A stretch of 58,860 bases of DNA from a virus (IMGVR_UViG_3300023181_000032:1-58860), one strand, 5' to 3'; counted from the first letter of the stretch, positions 9,157-18,655 are shown. The notes: generated by a model from the letters alone, not told the origin. Numbers and translations: made by a program.

Positions 9157-9206
9157 GGCGGGACCTTTTTGTCCCTGCCGGAGCGGTTAATCGCTCCGAT
9201 GGGTGA

Positions 9207-9248
9207 ACAGTACGTTATGTATTATTCGTGGTCAATACGAAATGTAGT
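9207..9248 (-). promoter_or_regulatory. PL promoter with two operators (OL)
   Basis: TTGACC(9235-9230)-N17-TACTGT(9212-9207). Operators AGTACGTTATGTATT (9209-9223) and AATACGAAATGTAGT (9234-9248). Confidence 0.8.
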
Positions 9249-9382
9249 ATTTATTTTCGCACGGACGAAAAAGTCCGAGCCTGCCGGGTTGGTATGGTGG
9301 TGCGGATCGGGGTTGCTTTGTCTTACATCAGCTTTCGCTGTTCGCTCAGGGAGAGCAGAAGGGGCAGGGTGCGGCAGATATG

Positions 9383-9407
9383 AAAAGCCCGGCGCAGTGG
9401 CCGGGCT
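9383..9407 (-). terminator. Terminator downstream of cI
   Basis: agcccggc-gcagtg-gccgggct hairpin with an A-run on the left. Confidence 0.65.
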
Positions 9408-9423
9408 CTATGTTAGCGATTCG

Positions 9424-10152
9424 TCACGCCCTGGGCGCGCGCCTCACTGTGGACCACCAAAAGACTCGACCAAGCATAATGACCTCATCGCGATACTGTT
9501 CGGCCGTCATCAGCTCGTCTGGAAACTCGTCTGAGTTCTCGCTGCGAATCCTCACAGCCCCCGCGGGCATCCGATGAAGGTACTTCACCCTGAGCATGCC
9601 GCCATGGTTGAAGGCATATATCTCACCATCAATGATCGACGTGCTTGCCCTGTCGAACCCTATGGAGGCGCCATCAAGGATAAGTCGTTCCATGCTCTTG
9701 CCGTTTAGCCGGGCACATGCAGCGCTCTTACAGTCCACTCCAGCAGCTTTAAGGGTTGAACTGCTGAACCGCAATTTTCGGTCAGCGACTTCCACTACTT
9801 CTGTCATTCCATTACCACCAGCGAACTCCACTTCGTCGTAGTAAGGGACTTCACAGTCGTCCTCGTCAAGCGGATCGCCCTCATCCCATACAGATAGGTC
9901 GCCGATAAGTTCCGCGTTTGAGTCTCTATTGCGTGATGGCTTTTCGGCAGCCGGGAACGGATAGGCCACGCCCAAGGGCGGCAAGCCTACCTCGTCAAGG
10001 ATTCTGGAGATCATTTCAAGAGTCGGCTCGCGGCGCTCGTTCAACCAGTGCCCAATCGCGCCCTGAGTCACGCCCAGGCGTTCGGCCAGCTTGTCCTGAG
10101 TGAGCCCCGTTTCTTTCATCCTGGCCTTTGCCAGCTCGTTCCATTTTTTCAT
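9424..10152 (-). CDS. cI: CI-like repressor (HTH-XRE + S24 autopeptidase)
   Basis: HTH TQDKLAERLGVTQGAIGHW, AG.G cleavage region, GKSME Ser motif, RVKYL Lys motif; divergent from cro. Start 10152 or 10170. Confidence 0.92.
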   Translation of the reverse strand: MKKWNELAKARMKETGLTQDKLAERLGVTQGAIGHWLNERREPTLEMISRILDEVGLPPLGVAYPFPAAEKPSRNRDSNAELIGDLSVWDEGDPLDEDDCEVPYYDEVEFAGGNGMTEVVEVADRKLRFSSSTLKAAGVDCKSAACARLNGKSMERLILDGASIGFDRASTSIIDGEIYAFNHGGMLRVKYLHRMPAGAVRIRSENSDEFPDELMTAEQYRDEVIMLGRVFWWSTVRRAPRA

Positions 10153-10161
10153 GCTGTAGAT

Positions 10162-10237
10162 ATTACGCATTGTATTATCCCGCTCAAGATACATAGCGTA
10201 TTGGTGGCTTGCGCTATACCAGTACAAAACGTATTAT
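10162..10237. promoter_or_regulatory. OR region: three operators and PR
   Basis: TACR-N3-YGTA palindromes at 10162-10176, 10188-10202 and 10221-10235. PR is TTGCGC(10209)-N17-TATTAT(10232). Confidence 0.8.
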
Positions 10238-10261
10238 CCGGTTAAGAGAACGGAGAACCCC

Positions 10262-10489
10262 ATGTCAAATATGAAAGCAGTCCGCGAAAAAGCAGGCATC
10301 ACGCAGACGGTTTTGGCCAAAACGGTTGGGCTCACTCAGGGCGCAATCGCCCACTACGAAGCTGATCGGCGCAAGCCGGGCCTAGATGAGTGCCGCCGAA
10401 TCGTTGCCGCCTTAAACCTGTTCGGTGCCTCGGTGACGCTTGATGACGTGTTCCCGCCCGCCAAATTTCAAATCCTTTCTGCCGCTTAA
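10262..10489 (+). CDS. cro: Cro-like HTH repressor
   Basis: GITQTVLAKTVGLTQGAIAHYE; divergent from cI. Confidence 0.88.
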   Translation: MSNMKAVREKAGITQTVLAKTVGLTQGAIAHYEADRRKPGLDECRRIVAALNLFGASVTLDDVFPPAKFQILSAA

Positions 10490-10518
10490 ACAATTCCAAC
10501 CACAGAGGAGCAACACCG

Positions 10519-10731
10519 ATGAACGACGAGCCACGCACCCCTGAAGAGCCGCGCCCCAACCGCAAGAACATCAACCAGATCAAGGTCCGTCTTGATGACG
10601 AATTCGAAGACCTGCTGACCTGCGCCGCGAAGATCCATGGAACCAGCAAATCGGCCTATGCCCGCGAAGTCCTCAAGTCATGGCTTGTCGATGTTGTTGC
10701 TAATTCTAAGGCAGATAGCCGAGTGGCCTAA
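10519..10731 (+). CDS. Small ribbon-helix-helix-like regulator
   Basis: IKVRLDDE...AAKIHGTSKSAYARE; GAGGAG RBS. Confidence 0.7.
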   Translation: MNDEPRTPEEPRPNRKNINQIKVRLDDEFEDLLTCAAKIHGTSKSAYAREVLKSWLVDVVANSKADSRVA

Positions 10732-10800
10732 GCACTTCAGTAGGGCCCGCGTAGGGACCCGCGAGGGACCTCACAGCGACCCGCAGTTAGAGGAGGGCCT

Positions 10801-11004
10801 ATGCCTGAGAAAGACGAAGGCATGGATCTCGGAGAGTTGATCGACGCTGAGGATTTGACAGTTCTGGAGGAGGAGGCAAAGCGCAGGGGTTTGACCCTGG
10901 CTGAGACCGCCAAGATCGGGATGCAACGAAAACTCACGGAGCGAACCAGGCCGAAATCCATGAGCGGGACGATTCAAGCGTTCCGCCGAAGATTTGAAAA
11001 TTGA
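10801..11004 (+). CDS. Small hypothetical regulator
   Basis: GAGGAGG RBS; LEEEAKRRGLTLAE. Confidence 0.65.
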   Translation: MPEKDEGMDLGELIDAEDLTVLEEEAKRRGLTLAETAKIGMQRKLTERTRPKSMSGTIQAFRRRFEN

Positions 11005-11024
11005 TCTGCCAAATTCCACCCACA

Positions 11025-11052
11025 AAAAAGCCGACGGTCAGGTCGGCGTTTT
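11025..11052. terminator. tR1-like hairpin terminator
   Basis: gccgac-ggtcag-gtcggc flanked by A and T runs. Confidence 0.5.
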
Positions 11053-11078
11053 CGATACAGCACAAAGTGAGAGAGATC

Positions 11079-11309
11079 ATGCCAGATCAAGCGTTGTTCA
11101 TCAATACCCCAAGTCACCAACCACTGATTCAGCCGGTCGCCGGTCCTTGGCCGGTGTACTCCACATTCAAGACCCTTCCGGAACAGGACCGCTGGTTCAT
11201 GTACGAGACGGCCAAAGCGCACCGCCGTCTTCTTGAAGCCAAGGGCTTCGAAATGTCCGAAGGCTACGACGACTTCATCAAGCGTGTCACCGATGAGCTG
11301 GAGATCTAA
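11079..11309 (+). CDS. Hypothetical protein
   Basis: MPDQALF... directly upstream of the replication genes. Confidence 0.65.
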   Translation: MPDQALFINTPSHQPLIQPVAGPWPVYSTFKTLPEQDRWFMYETAKAHRRLLEAKGFEMSEGYDDFIKRVTDELEI

Positions 11310-11312
11310 TTC

Positions 11313-11882
11313 ATGCATTACTTCAAACGCAACATCGGTGATTACCACAAGAAGGCAGGTCGCTTGTCGATGGTTGAGCACGGTGCGTACACGCTTCTTC
11401 TCGATGCGTGCTACGACCGTGAACGCTTCCCTACAGAGCAGGAAGCAATCGACTGGTGCTGGGCACGTTTACCCGAAGAAATAACGGCGGTGACGTTCGT
11501 TCTGAGCAAATTCTTTGAAGTTGTTGATGGTCGTTACGTCCAGGCACGCATTCAGGACGAAATCAGCGCTTATCACGCCGCGAAGAAAGCTCACTGGGCT
11601 GCCGCTCTTTCCAATTCTCAGCGTTGCGCCATACAAGCTTCTCGGAACGCAACAAAGATCAATGCCACGCCATGCTGGCTTACACGGGCTCAGCGTGAAG
11701 ACATCTCTGCAATTTACGCAACGGCCGCAATTGAATCTGCACGGACAGGTATTCCGCACGAGGTGGACCACATAGTCCCGCTGCGAGGAAAGACAGTTTG
11801 CGGCCTTCATGTCGCATGGAATCTCCGCGTTATTCCTGCTTTTGAAAATAGGGCTAAGAGCAATTCGGAGGTTTACGTATGA
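11313..11882 (+). CDS. DUF1376/YdaU N-terminal domain fused to an HNH endonuclease
   Basis: MHYFKRNIGDY...LSMVEHGAYTLLLD (DUF1376) plus HEVDHIVPL...GLHVAWNL...EN..KSN (HNH). Confidence 0.8.
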   Translation: MHYFKRNIGDYHKKAGRLSMVEHGAYTLLLDACYDRERFPTEQEAIDWCWARLPEEITAVTFVLSKFFEVVDGRYVQARIQDEISAYHAAKKAHWAAALSNSQRCAIQASRNATKINATPCWLTRAQREDISAIYATAAIESARTGIPHEVDHIVPLRGKTVCGLHVAWNLRVIPAFENRAKSNSEVYV

Positions 11883-12763
11883 ACTTTTTTCCATTCCATC
11901 CGGGTGATTACATGCTGCGCACGGCTCACCTGGAACCCATTGAAGACCTCGCCTACCGTCGCCTCATTGACCTGTACTACGTCAACGAATCGCCGCTTAT
12001 TGGTACTGCCGACGAGCTGGCACGTGTTATCCGACTGCGCACCAGCAGCGCCCAAGTCGAATCAGTCCTGCAAGAGTTCTTTACGGAAAGCCAGGGCGCA
12101 TGGACTCACAGCCACTGCGACGAAGTGATCGAGCAGTACCGCGCTAAGGCCAAGCAGGCGGCGGAAAATGGCAAGCTCGGCGGACGCCCAAAGAAAGCTA
12201 GCGGCAACCAAGGGGAAACCAAAGGCAAACCGGAGACTAACCCAGAAGAAACCAAGCCGGTTAATTCTGCTATCCCAGACGAAACCGGATCGCAAGCTAA
12301 CCAAGAACCACTAACCATTAACCAAGTAAATCAAGATCAAAAGATTTGCGCCGCTGACGCTCAGGCGCCGCAGGATTTGCTGGGTGAAGAAGTTCTCCAA
12401 GTCACCACAACCCCTGATCAACCCAAAGCAGCCAAGGGCACCAGATTGGCAGCTGACTGGACGCTTCCTCAGGAATGGCTCGACTGGGCGGTGACGGACC
12501 GGCCAGAGATCGGAGAATCCCTGCTGCGCCGCGAAGCTGAGAAGTTCCGGGACCACTGGCATGCAACCACCGGCACCAAAGCCTGCAAGGCGAACTGGTT
12601 GGCCACTTGGCGCAACTGGGTGCGCAATGCCAATGCCCCGCGCAATGTTCACGCATTCCCGTCGAAGTCCAATTTCACGAACCTCCCGCAAGTGAACGCC
12701 GATGAAATCCGTGCGCGCACCGAAGAGAACAAGCGTTTGGGGGTTCGTCGTGCAAATTTCTAA
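11879..12763 (+). CDS. Replication initiator (DUF1376/YdaU family)
   Basis: FHPGDY...EDLAYRRLIDLYY, NGKLGGRPKK, C-terminal FRDHW...WLATWRNW; upstream of DnaC and DnaB. Confidence 0.85.
   Translation: MNFFPFHPGDYMLRTAHLEPIEDLAYRRLIDLYYVNESPLIGTADELARVIRLRTSSAQVESVLQEFFTESQGAWTHSHCDEVIEQYRAKAKQAAENGKLGGRPKKASGNQGETKGKPETNPEETKPVNSAIPDETGSQANQEPLTINQVNQDQKICAADAQAPQDLLGEEVLQVTTTPDQPKAAKGTRLAADWTLPQEWLDWAVTDRPEIGESLLRREAEKFRDHWHATTGTKACKANWLATWRNWVRNANAPRNVHAFPSKSNFTNLPQVNADEIRARTEENKRLGVRRANF
12205..12340. repeat. Probable replication-origin iterons inside the initiator gene
   Basis: ctaacccagaagaaacc, ctatcccagacgaaacc and gctaaccaagaacc repeats followed by an A-rich tract. Confidence 0.55.
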
Positions 12764-13547
12764 ATTCGGCGCACAGCCGAGAATCAAGGCTCGGCAGGAC
12801 AACTGCGAGCAACACGGACCGTTTGACCGGAAGCTGGTCGAGGCATTCGACGGCGAGAACCGGGTGTTCGGTTGCCCGAACTGCCAGTGGGAGGCGGTGA
12901 ACACAGCCCCTACCGACTCCGAGGCGCACGCAGCAGCGGTCGAGCTCAAGCGTTGGGATTCGCTCAATGACCAGCTGTTCGCCACCGGTGTAGCGCTGCG
13001 GTTCCGCAGCTGCTCGCTGAAAAACTACATCGCCACCGAGTCGGCGCAGATCCAGGCTCTGAACTCCGCTAAGGCATACGTCGACCAGTTCGAAGAGTGC
13101 GTGGACGCCGGGCGCTGCCTGCTGATGCTCGGCAACTTCGGCAACGGAAAGACCCATCTGGGCTGCGCGATTTTGAAAGAGGTCGTCACCCGGTATTCGG
13201 TGTCTGCTCTGTACGCGCCCGCACCGGACATCATCGCCGCACTAAAAGCCAGCTTTGCGAAAGGATCGGCGGATACCGAACAGGGCATTTTGAACGAGCT
13301 ATGCGCAGTGGACCTGCTGCTGATCGATGAGTTAGGTGCGCAGAGCGGGACTGAATTCGAGCGTCACTCGCTGCACACCATCATCGACAAGCGCTATCGC
13401 AGCATGTTGCCAACCATCATCACGTCGAACCTGCCGTCGTCAGAACTGGCTGCCTACATCGGCGACCGGGCGCTGGATCGTCTCCGGGAGAATGGCGGTG
13501 AAGCCATCGCCTTTACGTGGTCGTCGCATCGCGGGGGTGAAGTATGA
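12750..13547 (+). CDS. dnaC: DnaC/IstB-like helicase loader
   Basis: GNFGNGKTHL Walker A, DLLLIDELG, PTIITSNL, DRL; N-terminal C/H zinc motif. Confidence 0.9.
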   Translation: MQISKFGAQPRIKARQDNCEQHGPFDRKLVEAFDGENRVFGCPNCQWEAVNTAPTDSEAHAAAVELKRWDSLNDQLFATGVALRFRSCSLKNYIATESAQIQALNSAKAYVDQFEECVDAGRCLLMLGNFGNGKTHLGCAILKEVVTRYSVSALYAPAPDIIAALKASFAKGSADTEQGILNELCAVDLLLIDELGAQSGTEFERHSLHTIIDKRYRSMLPTIITSNLPSSELAAYIGDRALDRLRENGGEAIAFTWSSHRGGEV

Positions 13548-14902
13548 GTCGCGATCTGTTCAACATCGAGGCAGAGCACGGGCTTCTTGGCGCAATCCTG
13601 CTGGACCAATCGTTGTTCGATGAGATCGTGGCGAAGGTCGCCATTGCGGACTTTTACGACGAAGACAACGCAGTTCTATTTCAGGCGATGGTTGCTTGTC
13701 AGGCCGCAGGCGACCCAATCGACGCTGTAACCGTGAGCATGTACCAGCAGGAATTGCCGTACTCCGGCAGTACCTTGGCGTTTGCAGCCAACATCGCGCG
13801 CAACGTCCCCAGTTCGGCCAACTGGAAGACCTATGCGCGGGTTGTCAGTGAGCGAGCCGTGCTGCGTCGTCTCGTAGATGCGGCGGCAGCCGTAACCGAG
13901 ATGGCCAGCGAAGACGCGCCACTGTCGGATGTCATCGCCCGCGCTCAGCAGGCAATGGCTGACTTGCGCAACCTTGATGATGGCGAGCCTGACTACAAGC
14001 GCCTTGACGAGGTCGTTTTGAAGAACCTCGACGTGATTGATGACAAGGTAAATCTACGGGTTCTCGCCGGTGTTCAGACTGGACTGGTCGATCTGGACAA
14101 GATGATCAAGTGCTTGAAGCCCAAGACGGTCACCGTCGTTGGGGGGCTGCCGGGCAGTGGCAAAACCACGCTGGGCATGCAGATTTGCCAGCACAACGCG
14201 CTCAATGGGTACGGCACCGCCCTGGTGTTCAGTCTCGAAATGCCAGAGGAAGAACTTGGCAATCGAATGCTGGCCTCGGTCGGTGCAATCGACTTTGGAC
14301 GGATCGATATTGGCACAACGATGGAGGATGACGATTGGTCGAAAATGACCGCCGCCGTTGCAAAAATAAAGGGCAAGCCCCTGTTCGTGTCTGACAAGTC
14401 CGGTCTGACGCTCTCCCGCATCCGCAGCATTGCCCGCATGGTCCAGAAGAATCATGGCCTTGGCATTCTCGCCATCGACTATATCGGACTGATCAAGTCC
14501 GAGGAGAAGTCGCAGAACCGCACAGCCGAGCTGGCCAAGATTTCCACCGGCATCGTCAATCTGGCCAAGGAGCTGAATGTTCCTATCGTCCTGCTCGCCC
14601 AGCTCAACCGCGAATCCACAAAGCGTCCAGGCAAAAAGCCACTCGCCAGCGACCTGAAAGACTGCGGTCAGATTGAGGCTGACGCCCACATGATCCTCCT
14701 CGTTCACCGCGATTCCGAAACGGAAGAGGGGCAGAACGGCGTCACCGAAATTCTGATGCCCAAGTGCAGGCATGCCCAGGTAGGCAGTTGCCTCGTCCAG
14801 CAGCAAGGCAAATTCCTCAGGTTCGTCAACTTCGCCGGGGCTCGCGACGTCAGCCAGGAAGAAGTCGAAATGGGCCGCAACTTCGGAAAGGAGCGTTTCT
14901 GA
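13544..14902 (+). CDS. dnaB: Replicative DNA helicase
   Basis: GLPGSGKT, FSLEM, IDYIGL, LAQLNR, DLKDCGQIEADA. Confidence 0.95.
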   Translation: MSRDLFNIEAEHGLLGAILLDQSLFDEIVAKVAIADFYDEDNAVLFQAMVACQAAGDPIDAVTVSMYQQELPYSGSTLAFAANIARNVPSSANWKTYARVVSERAVLRRLVDAAAAVTEMASEDAPLSDVIARAQQAMADLRNLDDGEPDYKRLDEVVLKNLDVIDDKVNLRVLAGVQTGLVDLDKMIKCLKPKTVTVVGGLPGSGKTTLGMQICQHNALNGYGTALVFSLEMPEEELGNRMLASVGAIDFGRIDIGTTMEDDDWSKMTAAVAKIKGKPLFVSDKSGLTLSRIRSIARMVQKNHGLGILAIDYIGLIKSEEKSQNRTAELAKISTGIVNLAKELNVPIVLLAQLNRESTKRPGKKPLASDLKDCGQIEADAHMILLVHRDSETEEGQNGVTEILMPKCRHAQVGSCLVQQQGKFLRFVNFAGARDVSQEEVEMGRNFGKERF

Positions 14903-15222
14903 TGAAGCCAGATCGACAAACAGCAATCGGCAAAGTCTGCGCCAAGCACCCAGAGCTACTGGGTCAGCGCTACATCCCGAATCGCATCTGCATCGAATGC
15001 GCCAAAGAAAACAGCAAGCGTGTGTATGCCGCCCGCGAACTGACCATCGGCCAGGAAATAACCGTGCTGCGCGGAGAGATCAACAGGCTCAAGGCTGAAA
15101 ACAAAGAACTGCACGAAATGATCCTACTGACCAGAGGCGCCGATGTCCGCTTTGTGCGTCAGGACGGGAGTCAGAAGCGGGCGCAGGCAAGCAATGTGAA
15201 GGTTATTCGGGGGTGCGTGTGA
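14902..15222 (+). CDS. Hypothetical protein (Cys/His motifs, coiled coil)
   Basis: ATG overlaps the dnaB stop; CAKH...CIEC. Confidence 0.65.
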   Translation: MKPDRQTAIGKVCAKHPELLGQRYIPNRICIECAKENSKRVYAARELTIGQEITVLRGEINRLKAENKELHEMILLTRGADVRFVRQDGSQKRAQASNVKVIRGCV

Positions 15223-15545
15223 TGGGTATTCGTGACGAGTTCGAGGCTTACGCCGCAACAATGGGGTGGGAATCGAGGCACATGAAGCTGCGGCCGGATG
15301 GCGGATACAGCGACTGGGGTGTCCAGCCGCTTTGGCTGGCATGGCAGGCGTCTCGCGCCGCGCTGGTGATTGAGCTGCCTCAGATCGTCGCGTTCGAAGC
15401 CTGTTACGACAGTCTTCGCGAAAACGAATATGCGGGTCTGCCCGATCAATTCTCTGACTTCGACGCTGACGAGGTTTTAGCCCTGCATCGAAGTGATGAG
15501 GTTCGTGCCGCCATCGAAGCCGCTGGCGTGAAGGTGGCCCAATGA
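15222..15545 (+). CDS. Hypothetical phage protein
   Basis: REEFEA-like N-terminus, WLAWQASRAA, IEAAGVKV. Confidence 0.7.
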   Translation: MGIRDEFEAYAATMGWESRHMKLRPDGGYSDWGVQPLWLAWQASRAALVIELPQIVAFEACYDSLRENEYAGLPDQFSDFDADEVLALHRSDEVRAAIEAAGVKVAQ

Positions 15546-15654
15546 AACTCCCCCTCCTAATCCTAACCCTCACAGTGTTCATCACAGCCGTACAGATGAA
15601 TCAGCCGGTTGTTGCTGAGAAGCGCGTCGTGGCTTTGTCGGAGGTGTTGTTCAG

Positions 15655-15855
15655 ATGAATACGCATCCGAAATTACCGATGCTCAAGGCGTTCACCGAGT
15701 TCATGCGTCGGAAGCCGAAGTCGCTCGAAGCCGCGTATGCGCGTGCGTTCGAGGCGGGATGGCAGGCGTCCGATGCCTGTAGGAGCGAACAAGAGGCAAA
15801 TGCGGCTGAAAGCACCGTGCCGCAAGGGTTTGACTGTGGGAGCGGACGGCCATGA
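15655..15855 (+). CDS. Hypothetical protein
   Basis: 66-aa ORF, GGAGG RBS, coupled to the next gene. Confidence 0.55.
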   Translation: MNTHPKLPMLKAFTEFMRRKPKSLEAAYARAFEAGWQASDACRSEQEANAAESTVPQGFDCGSGRP

Positions 15856-16568
15856 GTGACTTTAGCGAATTGAAGCGGTTGGCTGAGGCTGCCGCTCCGG
15901 GTCGCAACTTTGACCGCTACCCGGAGGCCGGCGGCGGGCTCAAATACGAATGTACTGGTGACGATGGTTCGTTGGTCCTCAAGGTCGATCACAAGAACGA
16001 TGAGTGGGGGTTTGTTGGCGAAAAGGGTGAGCAGGACGAGGCTTTCTTCCTCGCATGCACGCCTGCCACAGTGCTGGGGCTGGTCGCGGAGATCGAGCAA
16101 GCCAAGGCAGATGGAACTGATGCGTTTGGACTTGCGCAAGCGCGCGCCGATCAGATCGAGCAGCTCGAGGCCGAGAACGAGATTCTGCGTCGCGGCATGA
16201 AGGGTGACTACGACCTAGACGCTTGGCTTGACTGGGCGAAAGAGGCAGAAGCGCTGCGCAAGCATGCCCCAAGCGCCGAAATTATCTGGTGCGCATGTGG
16301 TGACGGATATCCAGCGAACAGTTACGGAGCTGGCTTCATGGACGCCAACGGCGGTGTCTGTGAGAACTGCGATGCGGCGAACGGCGGATTCGAATTGCGC
16401 AAGGATGCCGAGCGGTATCGATGGCTGCTCCGGAACGCAAGCGTAATCCTGGACAAGAAAGCCGCATATCAGGCTGAGACCGGATTCATCAAGTTCGACA
16501 CGATGCCCGGACGCAGGGAGACCGAGTCGGCTATTGATGCCGCCATGAGCAAGGAGGCGCAGTCATGA
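15852..16568 (+). CDS. Ead/Ea22-like mosaic protein
   Basis: ELKRLAEAA, ACTPATVLGLVAE, LRKDAERYRWL. Confidence 0.7.
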   Translation: MSDFSELKRLAEAAAPGRNFDRYPEAGGGLKYECTGDDGSLVLKVDHKNDEWGFVGEKGEQDEAFFLACTPATVLGLVAEIEQAKADGTDAFGLAQARADQIEQLEAENEILRRGMKGDYDLDAWLDWAKEAEALRKHAPSAEIIWCACGDGYPANSYGAGFMDANGGVCENCDAANGGFELRKDAERYRWLLRNASVILDKKAAYQAETGFIKFDTMPGRRETESAIDAAMSKEAQS

Positions 16569-16981
16569 CCGAATTCGTGATGCGCGACCTCAACGACGCC
16601 AGCCGGCTGATGGGCATCCTCCATGCCACCGACTTCACCAAGCCGAAGAAGATCGTCATCAAGGATCAGGATCGCAGCGGGGAGCAGAATCGGGCTCTCC
16701 ACGCGATGCTGAGCGATATCTCAAAACAGGTCGAGCACGTCGGCAAGAAGTGGGACGTGTTGATCTGGAAGCGCCTCCTGACGGCCGCATGGCTGCGCGA
16801 GGGCGGCGAGAATCCCCAGATGATTCCAGCGCTCGACGGCCACGGCTTCGACGTCATCTATGAGCGCACCAGCCAGATGACGGTAAAGCAGTGCGCCAGC
16901 TTGATGGAGTGGGTCCAGTTCTTCGGCGACGAGCACCAGGTTCGCTGGACGGCGAAGGATGTATGGGGAGGGCGGTACTGA
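16565..16981 (+). CDS. ninB: NinB family recombination protein
   Basis: RSGEQNRALHAMLSDISKQV...RTSQMTV. Confidence 0.85.
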   Translation: MTEFVMRDLNDASRLMGILHATDFTKPKKIVIKDQDRSGEQNRALHAMLSDISKQVEHVGKKWDVLIWKRLLTAAWLREGGENPQMIPALDGHGFDVIYERTSQMTVKQCASLMEWVQFFGDEHQVRWTAKDVWGGRY

Positions 16982-17223
16982 TGTGTATCTGGTTCGAAGT
17001 GACGCCGCTGCACGGCAACCCTGCGGAGGTGGAGACATCAACCGAACTCGCGCTGATCGTTGGCTGCGAAGTCGGTCATCTGCCCACCAAAAGCGGATCG
17101 GCCATGCAGCAGAACGACTGCCTGTGTGATTTCGACGTTGAGGCTTTCGAGAAGCAGTTCGGCTATCGACATGACGGCGGTGAGACGACCTACGACAACT
17201 ATCTCATTCAGGTGACCGTATGA
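16981..17223 (+). CDS. Hypothetical protein
   Basis: ATG overlaps the ninB stop. Confidence 0.55.
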   Translation: MCIWFEVTPLHGNPAEVETSTELALIVGCEVGHLPTKSGSAMQQNDCLCDFDVEAFEKQFGYRHDGGETTYDNYLIQVTV

Positions 17224-17311
17224 AGACCCTCAAGGCCCTCATTCGGGTCCTCGCATGCTTCGCCTCAATGATGGAGTGCGCAGCTCTTGAGCCTTCGACA
17301 GTGAGCTTTCA

Positions 17312-17659
17312 GTGTGGGGGTGGAGTGTGATTACCGACTGGTACGTCTACTGGGTAGTGATTTGCGGGCTGGCAGCCAACATGTGGCTCACGTGGGTAGC
17401 CGGGAAATACCTTGGTCGCTTGGTTTACGCAGCTGTCGCCGCCGCCTCTTTCACGCGCTTTGCCTGGGCCTGCGGCCGTGTTCGCGGCTTCAAGGTGCGC
17501 AAGTTTCCGTATTGGGTGTATGCGCCTCAACTCTGGTTCGCCTTTCTTCTCATCGAAATGGGCTCGCCGGTTCGCACCATCTCGCACATGGGTGGCGAGG
17601 GTGTGTGGAACGGCATTGGTGATTGGACGGTGTCACCGAGTAAGGAGGCCAACCAATGA
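17312..17659 (+). CDS. Hypothetical membrane protein
   Basis: Trp-rich hydrophobic segments; start uncertain. Confidence 0.55.
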   Translation: MWGWSVITDWYVYWVVICGLAANMWLTWVAGKYLGRLVYAAVAAASFTRFAWACGRVRGFKVRKFPYWVYAPQLWFAFLLIEMGSPVRTISHMGGEGVWNGIGDWTVSPSKEANQ

Positions 17660-18267
17660 TCGGACAGGCAGCGAAGAAGTCGCCACCAGCACGCAAGAAG
17701 AAGACCTGCATCAATCCGGCCTGCGATATCCAGTTCGTGCCCGTCCAGCTTGGGCAGAAGGTTTGCGGATGGGCATGCGGCCTGGCCATCGCCCCGGCGA
17801 ATCAGGACAAGGCGCGCAAGGCCATCGAGCAGCGCGAGCGCCGGGAGATTCGGGTTCGCAAGGAGAAGCTGAAGTCGCGTGGTGACCACATGCGCGAAAC
17901 TCAACAGGCATTTAACGAATTCATTCGGTGGCGCGATCAGTTGGCTGGGCACCTGTGCATTTCCAGCGGCAAGCCCTTGGACTGGAGCGGTAACGCGGTC
18001 GATGCAGGTCACTACCGCAGCGTTGGATCGGCGCCGCACCTCAGGTTCGACGAGCGCAACTGTCACGCCCAAAGCAAGCAGGACAACCGGTTCCTGTCCG
18101 GCAACGCCGTGGATTACCGCATCGGCCTCATCGCGCGCATCGGCTTGGAGGCGGTCGACGCGCTGGAGTCGGATCAGTCAGTCCGCAAATACACGATCGA
18201 GCAGCTGCAAGAAATCAAAGCGCACTACCGCGCACTGGTCCGAGAACTGAAGGGGAGAGCAGCATGA
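17656..18267 (+). CDS. ninG: NinG/Rap recombination endonuclease
   Basis: AFNEFIRWRD, CISSG, DAGHYRSVG, LRFDERNCHAQ. Confidence 0.92.
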   Translation: MIGQAAKKSPPARKKKTCINPACDIQFVPVQLGQKVCGWACGLAIAPANQDKARKAIEQRERREIRVRKEKLKSRGDHMRETQQAFNEFIRWRDQLAGHLCISSGKPLDWSGNAVDAGHYRSVGSAPHLRFDERNCHAQSKQDNRFLSGNAVDYRIGLIARIGLEAVDALESDQSVRKYTIEQLQEIKAHYRALVRELKGRAA

Positions 18268-18485
18268 CAATTCTGAATCTGAAATGGACCAAGGGTGCGC
18301 CGGAAGAGTTGCTGCCGGGGATGATCGTTCGCTGCAAGGGTGTGCTGAGGCTTATTGGCACGCACACGCCCGAATCGATCTTCGCCACCATGCTCGCGGA
18401 TTGCACCGAGTACACCCAGGCGATTGCCGACTACGAGCTGGATTGGCTAAGCAGCGCCGGCATCCCGGCAAAGGCGGTGGCCTGA
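18264..18485 (+). CDS. Hypothetical protein
   Basis: 73-aa coupled ORF. Confidence 0.6.
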   Translation: MTILNLKWTKGAPEELLPGMIVRCKGVLRLIGTHTPESIFATMLADCTEYTQAIADYELDWLSSAGIPAKAVA

Positions 18486-18655
18486 TGGATTCCGCCAAGG
18501 GGAAACCATGCCCGGCCTGCGGCGAGCCGATGTCGAGCCTCGCCAGCCAGTTCATCCGCATGTGCACCGGCTGCCCGCACACCGAGGCGTGGAATCTGGA
18601 CGAGGGTCAGGCGCCACTGATTACGGAATCGCGAGATCGTGGGCTGCAGTCATGA
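18485..18655 (+). CDS. Small zinc-ribbon protein
   Basis: CPACG...CTGC. Confidence 0.55.
   Translation: MDSAKGKPCPACGEPMSSLASQFIRMCTGCPHTEAWNLDEGQAPLITESRDRGLQS

Noticed and set aside
14054-14926. Long antisense ORFs (e.g. 14054..14926, 27927..28682, 35783..36658, 50153..50935)
   Set aside because: Shadow frames of well-supported genes in GC-rich DNA, with no motifs.
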